From NCBI GenBank assembly GCA_001179505.1, contig CDMY01000883.1, positions 1-13,117 on the forward strand: DNA of 13,117 nt, read 5' to 3'. Positions within the stretch are counted from its first letter, which is position 1. Every line of letters begins with the position of its first letter. The position numbers and the translations under genes are program-made. Shown in pieces: positions 1 through 8,376 of the stretch. The notes under the pieces were generated by a model. The model was not told the DNA's origin. It ran no database searches and was given only the letters and a program-made list of their open reading frames with translations. This DNA comes from Vitrella brassicaformis CCMP3155 (lineage: Eukaryota; Protista; Chromerida).

Positions 1-2
1 TC

Positions 3-896
3 GCCTTCGCATGCAAGGACAGCTCCGCCAAGTACGTCCTCGAGCAATACGAGGAGGGCGTCAAGGACACCTACGACGAGTTCGACGGTGTGCTGGCCTT
101 CAAGAGGCTGAAGGCAAAGATGGAGTCCAACCCCGCCTTCGCCGAGTTCTCAGCGCAACGTGAGTTCGACGCGTTCGCCTGGGACATCAAGAAGTCGGCC
201 CTGGACAACAACGCCGAGTTCAAGCGTCTGGCTGGCAAGGTCAACGCGCAGAAGGAGGTGCTCACGGCCACAGCGCTCAAGCACGCCTACATCAAGGTGG
301 TGCCGACAGCCTACAAGCTGCCGATCAGCGAGAAGATCATCAAGAGCGACGTCACCGTCGACGACGCCATGGAGAGGGTGCGCAAGCTCGAGACAGCTGC
401 AGCGATCATCGGGGCATCGCCTGGGCAACACGCGAGTATGGGCGTCGGTGCGGCCACGACGCCAATGGACGTTGATGAGGGCGCAAGGGCGGCTGGTGAT
501 GGTGAATCCATCAACTGCAAGTACTGCCTCAACGACGGCTACCACCACTCGGACTGCAAGCGACTGACGCACAACAAAAAGATGTACGGCATCACCCTCT
601 TTCCGAGCAGCCACCGCATGAAGCGCGCTGCAGAGCTGCTCAACAGCCAGCTCGAAGAGGTCGAGCGCAAGGAGAAGCAGCGCGTCATCAAGGACAACAA
701 CAAGGGCAAGAACAACAAGTACAACAAGGGACATGATGGTGGTGTGCGTCATGATCGACATCGTCAGCGCGAGGCGCCACGAGACGACGAGCGGAATGCT
801 GACCGACACAGACGCAATCGCTCACTCACACCGGTACAGGGGAGAGAGGAGGAGCACACACACGTGCATGCTCTTGACGTGTGTGTATGCTCTTGA
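3..896 (+). pseudogene. gag: Retrotransposon gag-like ORF, open from the window edge, with a degenerate zinc knuckle CKYCLNDGYHHSDC
   Basis: Frame 3 is open from nt 3 (AFACKDSSAKYVLEQ...) to TGA 894-896 with strong GC3 codon bias. The Cx2Cx4(Y)x4C spacing at 517-558 is followed by a basic/charged tail, and it lies upstream of copia pol fragments. Confidence 0.75.
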
Positions 897-1141
897 AGAG
901 AGGCAGCACAGAGAGATGCACACACGGTTGGATGGCTGCAAGGTCTCAGAATCCTCGCGTGATGTGGTGATGCCACCGGTCGGGAACGATCGACACGCTG
1001 AGATGACACACGACACACTGACATGCTTGTCTGGGGAGAGAGCCGTGCGTAGGGGAGGGAGATCGGGTGAAGCCTGATCAACTTCTGCCGGTCTCCACTT
1101 CCCATCGACTCGCAGCTGAGGAGGGGGTTCCCTCAGTTGTC

Positions 1142-1623
1142 CAGTGCACAACACACATTGCAATGCTCCTCCATCGACCGACTGACCTCTGGGTGGTGCC
1201 TGTAGTGGATGACATCCTCTGCGCCCCCATGTCAGGCCGCGACGCGGACGCCGATTGGTTCCGTGAGCTCCTCAACCGCGAGTACGGCATCAAAGACCTG
1301 GGAAAGGCAGATGTGTTTGTGGGCATCAAGATTGAGCGTGATCCGCTCACCGGCGAGATGAAGCTCTCGCAGCGGGCGTACATCGAGAAGATCCTCAAGC
1401 GCTTCCGATGGGAGCATTGCAACCCCGCATCAACACCAGTGGCGAGCGGAGTGAAGCTCAGCAAAGACCACTGCCCCAGCACACCTGAGGAGAAAGAATG
1501 AAGCGTTTCTATGCAAGCCGTGTATCGGCAGGCGGTGGGAACACTGCTGTACCTGGCTGTGACGACGAGGCCCGACATCTCGTATGCAGTCAAGGAGGTG
1601 GCGATGTACTGCCACAATCCAGG
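1142..1623 (+). pseudogene. pol: Ty1/copia reverse transcriptase, C-terminal half, with an in-frame stop
   Basis: Frame 2 reads ...LWVVPVVDDILC...YGIKDLGKADVFVGIKIERD...LSQRAYIEKILKRF...STP...CPSTPEEKE*SVSMQAVYRQAVGTLLYLAVTTRPDISYAVKEVAMYCHNP. ORFs 1067-1501 and 1511- are the same frame separated by TGA 1499-1501. The YVDD motif appears as VVDD. Confidence 0.92.
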
Positions 1624-1923
1624 NNNNNNNNNNNNNNNNNNNNNNNNNNNNNNNNNNNNNNNNNNNNNNNNNNNNNNNNNNNNNNNNNNNNNNNNNNNNN
1701 NNNNNNNNNNNNNNNNNNNNNNNNNNNNNNNNNNNNNNNNNNNNNNNNNNNNNNNNNNNNNNNNNNNNNNNNNNNNNNNNNNNNNNNNNNNNNNNNNNNN
1801 NNNNNNNNNNNNNNNNNNNNNNNNNNNNNNNNNNNNNNNNNNNNNNNNNNNNNNNNNNNNNNNNNNNNNNNNNNNNNNNNNNNNNNNNNNNNNNNNNNNN
1901 NNNNNNNNNNNNNNNNNNNNNNN
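1624..1923. other. Assembly gap (300 N)
   Basis: Run of exactly 300 n. Confidence 1.
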
Positions 1924-1925
1924 GG

Positions 1926-2558
1926 TTGGATCACGGACTCACATTCAAGCCAGGCGATGTGAATCATCTCTCAGTGCTTGGCTACGCTGATGCGAGCCAC
2001 GCTGACCTGGACAACGGGAAGAGCACTGGCGGCTTTGCCCTCTACTTGGGTGGAAACCTTGTGTCGTGGAGGAGCCGCAATCAGCCCCTGGTTGCTCTGA
2101 GTACCGGTGAAGCGGAGTACATCGCTCTGAATGAGTGCGCCAGAGATCTGGTGTTTGTCAGGCAACTAGCTGACTTCTTTCGCCTACCTGTGCAGCGAGC
2201 GAAGCTCATCACAGACAACAGAGGCGCTGGGTCGGTCTCCTACAACGAGGAAGTCAAGCAGAGAACACGTCACATACTGGTGCGATATGACTTTGTGCGT
2301 GATCTGGTCCTGAAAGGACAGCTCTGCGTCCACTGGATTGCTTCGAGCGAGAATACTGCTGACATCTTCACGAAGGGCCTCGACGAGGCGCAGCACGCTC
2401 ATTTGACTGTGTTCGACGACGAAGGGACACCGATGGTGCCCGACGAGCCACACGACAAGGTGCTGATGGCGCCTGATCGGTCACACAGCGCAAACACAGA
2501 CTCACACGCCGCTGAATGCGCCCTGTGCTGCTTTCTGCGTTATGGTTCTGTCTGCTGA
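1926..2558 (+). pseudogene. pol: Ty1/copia RNase HI domain (end of pol)
   Basis: LDHGLTF...LGYADASHAD...KSTGGF...VSWRSRNQPLVALSTGEAEYIAL...LITDN...RTRHILVRYDFVRD...ENTADIFTKGL, with the D-E-D-D catalytic residues present. Confidence 0.95.
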
Positions 2559-2621
2559 ATGCGGATACCTGTTTGAGAGGGGGAGATCGCTGTAATGCGA
2601 TGCAGAAGGACAGCACAGTGC

Positions 2622-2630
2622 GAGAGGGGG
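2622..2630 (+). other. Polypurine tract (GAGAGGGGG) immediately followed by TGT; a second candidate lies at 2575-2586
   Basis: Purine run just after the pol stop, directly abutting TGTCAGAG, as expected for a plus-strand primer site. Confidence 0.6.
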
Positions 2631-2800
2631 TGTCAGAGGCTGCGTGTGTTGGGGTAGATCCCGCCGTGTAATGCAACTGCATGCTGAGAACCCTGAGCAC
2701 TCCGAACTGTCCCTCCTTCTCGTGAACCGTCCCTCTGGCTCATCTGTTGCCTTAACGGGCAACGACAGCGATCCTCCACAGCCACTCTCATCTACCGACA
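2631..2800 (+). repeat. Putative 3' LTR (about 170 bp; about 210 bp if it starts at TGTAATG 2591)
   Basis: Begins TGTC after the PPT and ends ...CTACCGACA (TGTC/GACA terminal inverted repeat). Host-like coding sequence resumes at 2801. The 5' LTR is outside the window, so this is unverified. Confidence 0.5.
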
Positions 2801-2865
2801 GACACCGCCGATGGCTGGCAGCTCTTCACTGCCAGCAGAACAAGGCAGAGCACCAGCAGCTTCAT
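2801..2865 (-). pseudogene. 5' coding fragment of a secreted-protein gene (signal peptide MKLLVLCLVLLAVKSCQPSAV...) running into the LTR end
   Basis: ATG at 2865-2863 lies 8 nt after a (CTGT)8...TTTCAG acceptor (2874). It encodes a textbook signal peptide (K, hydrophobic core, small residues), and the frame stops (TGA 2790-2788) only after entering the putative LTR. Candidate 5'UTR intron 2952-2874 (GTGAGG...CAG). Confidence 0.55.
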
Positions 2866-2882
2866 AGACACACCTGAAATGC

Positions 2883-2913
<31 letters not shown>

Positions 2914-2914
2914 G
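2883..2914. repeat. (ACAG)8 microsatellite in the putative 5'UTR intron
   Basis: Eight perfect ACAG units. Confidence 0.95.
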
Positions 2915-3185
2915 TGGTGTGCGTAGCTAATTGTGTGTCAGGCGAACCTCACGAAGGTTGAAGCGTCATTCGCTTTGCGGAATGAATGACAATAAGGCGA
3001 CTGGGGATGGAGGCTTCATCGCTGCGGAAAGGGGATGAATGCGTAAGAGATCTCCTCCTGCTTCTGCGAGCCTAAAAGCTTCAGGAGTCCATCAGCCAGC
3101 CAGGCCCCATTGCAGGACAGGGAGGGGAGGCAGTGGATGGACTTCTGTCTGTGTCCTTCTCCTCTCCTCTCGCGTGTTGGCGTGA

Positions 3186-4814
3186 CGGCTGGTCCCGTCA
3201 GCCGCCCAGGAGCACCCCGTCAGCTGCTTGTTCGTTGGCAGCCGAGGCCATCTGCCCGACATCGTCACGGCGGCCCGCCTGAGGGCCACATCGAAGAGCA
3301 TCCGGGATGCCTTCACCATAGCTGAGCTCCGCACCCGCCTCGCCAACTCACTGAGCCGTGACGGAGATGGCATCAACACTCAGCAGCTGCAGCTGCTGCG
3401 GTTCGACCTGGGAATGGGTGAGCTCATGGTGGCGATGTGGATCGCCGAGGAGGGCGGACGGTGGGATGAGACGGGGGAGGTGCTGCAGCTGGCCAGCCAT
3501 TGCCGCTACTGCACGCTGCCCATCATGTTCACCAGTACTGACATCAACACACACGTCAACAAGACGGTAAGGCACACACACACGGCGGGGCGGTGAGAGA
3601 GCAGAGAGGCCTCACTCATTCTTCTTTGTCTGTCTGTCTGTGGTGTGGTGTAGGCGTATGGATCGGTAGCTCGTATGTTGGCGCAGCTCATGGTGGTCGG
3701 CCGCCACATCGACTTCGGTGACGGCAGCTGCCTACAGATCTTCCGCCGTGCCAATGGTGAGGTGCGGGCCATCCGGGACGAGCCCGGCTTCCGGCTGGAC
3801 GTCGACCCGCCTCTCGCTGCCGACCATCTGTATCAGCGGCACCGACTACAGCACGACCCATCAGTGCGCAGCGACATCTACTACTCTGGCGGCACCGGCA
3901 GATGGATGTCGGGCTGTGTCCCGGACAACTTGGCGTCACTGTCGTCGTTCGCCAAGTTCATGATCCTCCAGCACTTCTTCTTGACGCACCAGACCAATAA
4001 CACATCGATACGAGTCAACAGGTAACGCATTAATGGCCTCAGTGGCGAGAGGGGTGCGTGATTGATTGTGTATGTGTGTGTGTGTGTGTGTGTGATTGTG
4101 TGTGTGGTTGGCTCAAGCGTGTTGGTGGCGGCCGTCTGGATGACCTCCTCACCCAGTCGCCACACACACCAGTGGCCGGATGCTCGACCACATTCAGCTA
4201 CGACGATGCTGTGCGGTTTCTCGTGCTCACCGACAGCAGCCACAACTTCGTCGTGCGGATGGCCATTTGGGATTTGGGCAACACCGGTCAGGCCGACAGA
4301 CAGGCAGCTCTGCTGGTCAAATCTCATGTGTCTTTTCTTCCTGATTGTCTGCAGTGAGGGTTACTGTCCACACGACAGAGGCGCCTGCGGCTGGTGTGAC
4401 TGAGAGCGGCGCCTTCAAGGACCGCTTCCCCGTGACGACTCAGCTGTCCCTTGTGGCGCTGGGTCAAGTGGCGCCATACGTCTTCGACGGACAAGTAGAC
4501 GACGACATCGACGATGATGACGGTGCGGAAAGGGGAGGGGGGGACACACACACACTTATGGTGGCCATGGATGGATGGACGACATTTCTTCTCTGTCTGT
4601 CTTTGTGTGTGTGTGGTGTAGATTCCGACGGCCATGGCGGCGGTTGGGATGATATGGATGACGGCAGCGACGGAGAGGACAGCGGAGGTACACATGAGGG
4701 AAGGAAGAGACACACAGCAGACATGGACTCACATCGACCCGCATCACATCCAGGTCTCTGTGTGTCTGCATGACAGGTGACAATGCATCAGCCGAGGAGG
4801 AGAATGGCGAGTGA
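3186..4814 (+). pseudogene. Multi-exon uncharacterised family protein, copy A, probably damaged. Exons about 3186-3566, 3654-4021, (4117)4118-4286, 4355-4522, 4622-4687, 4777-4814; acidic Asp/Gly/Ser C-terminal tail
   Basis: GT..AG introns 3567-3653, 4287-4354, 4523-4621 and 4688-4776 join the frames (LFVGSRGHLPDIVTAARLRATSK...NKT|AYGSVARMLAQL...IRVN|RVGGGRLDDLLTQSPHTPVAGC...|VRVTVHTTEAP...KDRFPVTTQL...|DSDGHGGGWDDMDD...|GDNASAEEENGE*). Homologous to 13117-12276 in exons and introns. No in-frame ATG before TGA 3183-3185, and the intron-2 acceptor is CAA-G rather than CAG-G. Confidence 0.8.
4005..4800 (+). repeat. Arm A of a diverged inverted duplication (partner about 12310-13117)
   Basis: Reverse-complement similarity spans exons and introns, e.g. 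ctcctcacccagtcgcc.cacacacc.gtggccggatgc and attccgacggccatggcggcggttgggatgatatgga. Confidence 0.92.
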
Positions 4815-5594
4815 TCAACCCAACGTTGCAATACCGGAACACCATAGGTATTCACACACACCACAGTGTATTCGAATCTTCTGTCTGTATGTGTGTCACC
4901 TGTCTGTGTGTTTATCTTGGCAGAGTGTCTGGAGTGCTCTCTGTGGCTGTCAGTGATACAGAGAGATCGTATAGCGCGCCCACTCTGTAGAGAGACCAGC
5001 TGCTGACACATTACTGACCCAATCGCTGTGGGTGGGCGACCTGTCTGCGTTGCGCCATGCATCCTCTGCGCACCTCCCTCTCTCCCTCTCTCCCCCTCTG
5101 TTGGTATGTGCCTGTCTGGGTGGCTGCCTGCCTGGCTGTGGGGTTGGGGTTGGTGTGTTGCCCTCTACTGCTGGCCGGTTTTGACCTGATGGCTCGGCCG
5201 CTATGTGTGAGTGTGTGTGTGTGAGGCCTGTTTGCCTGCGTGACTCGCACGCATCACAGCCGAATCCTGGAGTATGTACAGCTGAAGTGGAGCAGCCCTG
5301 CTCGACGTATGCTCGTATACGGACAGGTGTCTGTGTGAGTGGGACAAACCTGCGTTGACATCGTGAGTGTGCGTGAATGCGTTGTCACGTGACCACACGG
5401 AAAGACACTTTGTCCGGGAGTCGAGCACTCAGAAAGAAACCTTTAGACACGCACGTGTGACGCACTCGTCTGCGGCTGTCTGACGTGCCTCGATAGAGAG
5501 ATAGATAGACACACACACATACACAAACACTGATGCTCCATGGATACCAAAACGAAAGCTGCAGCAGTGCATTCTTTTTCTATCTGTACATCCC

Positions 5595-7624
5595 TTATTC
5601 GACCACCCCGCTGCTGCTGTCGGTCTCGTGCTCGTCATGATAGCGTATCCTCAGGCCGCCCACCTCCTTCAGCACATGACACAAAGATACAGAACGGCCG
5701 AATGATACCCCTCAGGTACATGGCATCCATCTGCCGTCCATGTGTCTATCGGCTTTACCTGTGCTCTTGCATCTCTGGCGTCCTCGAGATGTTCCTCCAG
5801 GAAGTCGGCCAATGCCCACACATCGAAATCGTACGGAATCTGCAGACACAGACACGGATCGACACACACACGCATCCCGTGTGTGAGATGTGTTGCTGCT
5901 GCATGACCCTCTGACCGTGATGAATCCGTGTGTCTCGGAGGTAGCATAGCTGTCTTTGGGTCCGATGATGAGCGGCACCGCCACTCGGTCCTCCCGCATG
6001 GCCTTCCACATGTTCTCCAGCAGCCACACATCGCTCTCCTTGGTCAAGTTGAGCCCACACACTCGACGAATGCCCTCCTGATGGATCGACGCGGCCACAA
6101 ATGCAGTGACCACACATGAATATACGTGTGCTGGCTGTATGTCACCTTCCTGTGCTCTGGTGAGAGGCCTGGCTGCACAAAGACAAGGTCGGGATGGTAG
6201 CCGCTCTCGATGATTCGCACACGATCCAAATGGGCCTACGTATGAGCCAGCGACACATCCCCGAAACACAAGGCCTCCTGTGTGTCTGTGTGTTGCGTTC
6301 GAGGGTCTCTCTCACTTGCACGTCCTCTGGCGGTGTCTCGGGGTCATCGCCAAACTTGGCCCGCACTTTGGTCATGGCCTGCTCGTTCACCGCCGCGAGC
6401 TTTTTCTTCCTCCGACGTGTGTTCTGCACACACACACATTCAATGGAATGCATTCAGACTCGTCTGAGTGGATGGATGCAGCAATGCAGAGGCTGACCTT
6501 TGTGCTTATTGCTTTCCTCAGCAGCTGGTTCTGGTACTTGTGGAAGAACCACCGCTGCCACAACATGCGCCTGCATACACACAAAGAAACACACATGCCC
6601 GTCCTTGTGCTCATCTTCTTTGCCTGCACCGTTGATATTTCTCGTCCACTTGGTAGACGGCCTGCTTCTTCATGGCGTCCTCCGTCTGGCGCTCCCACAG
6701 GCGTGTCAACTCATCGCTGGCACACACACACACACAAACACACACAGAGACAGAGAGACAGAGGAGGCGATCGCACAACCACAGCACAGTCCCTTACCGT
6801 TGGAAGTTCTTTGGTGTGAAGAGTGGGCTGGGCTGCGGCTCACTGACAAACGGCCCACCACCCTCAGACAACGCCACCTCCAGATCACGAATCAAACTGA
6901 CACAGACCCACAAACACACACGGATGAGTGAGTACACGCAATGAGGCATCGCTCCTCCGCCCATCCGCTCACATACACGGCAGCAATGTGGTCCCTGTCA
7001 ATGACGGACGCCCCTGGAGGGATGGTGGGGAGCACCATACGGAACTGCTGCACCCTTCCAGGCAGCAGCCGGCCCCTCCTGGTGCGGTAGGCCTTGAAGA
7101 ACGACAGAGTGCGGGTCACCACTGGCGGCTCGACGTGTTGCAGGGGGGAGAGGGAAGGTGGGCGTGAGGGCCTGCGGTCGAGGTGGTCGATGTAGGCGTT
7201 GAGCTCGGCGAGGGACTTCTGGTTGATAGACTTGGCCTCAAAGGGGAAGTGGGGCGTCAGATCTACGTGGACACATACGCAGGCAGAGAGGTGATATGAG
7301 TCATTCATTTCATTCAGTCATTCATACACTCATTGCCGTCGTGCTGTGCCTGCCTGGATGTATTTGTTTGAAGAAGAAGTGCATCATCTTGCGGATGCCG
7401 CTCCCGACACCACCACCAGCAGCAGGAGAAGACCATCGAGATGCATCTCCACTGCTGCCCTCATGTCCACCATCAGTGTGTGCGCCGCTGTCTGCCTGTG
7501 ACTGTGACTGTGACGATGCAGCAGATGCGAAGCACCTGACACGGCTTGATGCAGCTGCCGGCCTCCATTGACTCATCGCACCGATTGAGCGTTCCTTCAG
7601 CTGGTGAGCATGAATGCGATGCAT
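5595..7624 (-). CDS. TCAIM: TCAIM-like (DUF4460-type) mitochondrial protein, about 442 aa. 10 exons: 7624-7354, 7262-6977, 6896-6798, 6716-6630, 6570-6498, 6423-6316, 6235-6146, 6077-5916, 5839-5759, 5666-5595
   Basis: The spliced CDS is 1329 nt and open throughout. The N-terminus is rich in R/S/A with RCFAS (presequence-like; alternative start 7576). The segment IRKMMHFFFKQIHPDLTPHFPFEAKSINQKSLAELNAYIDHL matches my recollection of the DUF4460 pattern (F..VHPD.F...P.E...N..SL..L..YL..L). Family call is from motif recognition, not a search. Confidence 0.75.
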
Positions 7625-7635
7625 CGGCGCTTTGC

Positions 7636-7679
7636 GGGGTTTGTCGCTAGGGTTCCAAACCCTGCATTCGAAACCCTAT
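7636..7679. promoter_or_regulatory. Cluster of telo-box-like motifs (GGGTTT, TAGGGTT, AAACCCT, AAACCCTA) just upstream of the TCAIM-like gene
   Basis: tagggtt 7648-7654, aaaccct 7657-7663 and aaacccta 7671-7678, all within 55 nt of the first ATG. Confidence 0.5.
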
Positions 7680-8376
7680 CATGAGGGGCTAACTGCAACA
7701 CTGCGGGTGAACAATTCAGGCAAATGAGATCCAGTCCGCGGTGGCCGTCCAAGAGGCAGCACCAGTCTATAAAAAAGGTTCACTCATCCATCCGTGGACT
7801 GGCGACACCCACGCAGACAGCCATGCAGCCCAGCTTACCCAGCAGCCCACCTGTCCTTTACCCGTACACTCGCTGTGCTGCTGTCCTGCGCGTCACTGAC
7901 CCCCACCACGAATGAAGATACACGCGCTTGCAGAGAGAAGAGAGAGAACAAACAAACATGTAGGTACCGGCGATGCAGAGACATGAATGACGCATAAACA
8001 TCGAAGGGACACAGAGAGGGAAGAGCCACCACACACACTTGACGGGACGCAAAAAGCTCCTCGCACACCCACTCAGACACACACACGTGTACGCCTCCTC
8101 CCATACAGCCATGTCAGTCAGCACACGCCTCAGCATTCGGTTGCCCACACGCCAGGCCGGCACCGACACGAACAGATAATCTGACTCATCTGTCCCTCGC
8201 GGTGCAACGCAGACTCGTGAGCGACCCAAACGCCGAGACGCGTGTATTGCATCGATGCAATACATACCAGACACGCGCAAAGACTCCTGAACGCACTCTT
8301 GAAGGTACGCATGAATGACACAGGGAGGGAGGGAGAAAAGGGAAAGACAGCCCAGCCCAGCCCAGTTTAGGTCAGC

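Larger units (their letters stand above)
1..2800 (+). mobile_element. Degenerate Ty1/copia LTR retrotransposon, truncated by the left window edge (gag - [protease/integrase/RT N-terminus missing] - RT - RNase H - PPT - 3' LTR)
   Basis: Copia-type RT motifs (VDDIL, IKDLG..FVGIKI, LSQRAYIEKIL, YRQAVGTLLYLAVTTRPDISYAV) and RNase H motifs (GYADAS, KSTGG, VSWRS, ALSTGEAEY, TDN, TADIFTKGL), preceded by a gag-like ORF with a CCHC-like knuckle and followed by purine tracts and TGT...ACA. Confidence 0.93.

Noticed and set aside
150-809. 219-aa antisense ORF opposite gag
   Set aside because: A shadow ORF expected from strong GC3 codon bias on the + strand; the V/L-rich translation has no motif
4287-4325. 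Intron start translates as GQADRQAALLV versus GQVDRQAALLV in the paralog, with some synonymous changes, suggesting a longer exon
   Set aside because: The only shared downstream GT is phase 0 while the acceptor needs phase 1, intron lengths differ modulo 3, and five substitutions are too few to show selection
4345-4773. Long ORFs reading through introns (also 9543-9767, 12456-12752, 6892-7308, 9007-9489)
   Set aside because: They include 3n or stop-free introns translating as CVCV/THTH microsatellite peptides; spliced models explain them better
6447-6468. Palindrome GAATGCATTC and hairpin TCAGAC-TC-GTCTGA
   Set aside because: Short, intronic and plausible by chance; no MITE-like TIR/TSD structure
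7700-8370. Short ORFs on both strands and TATAAAAAA at 7768-7776
   Set aside because: No codon bias or coherent splice structure, and no + strand gene follows the TATA-like run; likely UTR or intergenic
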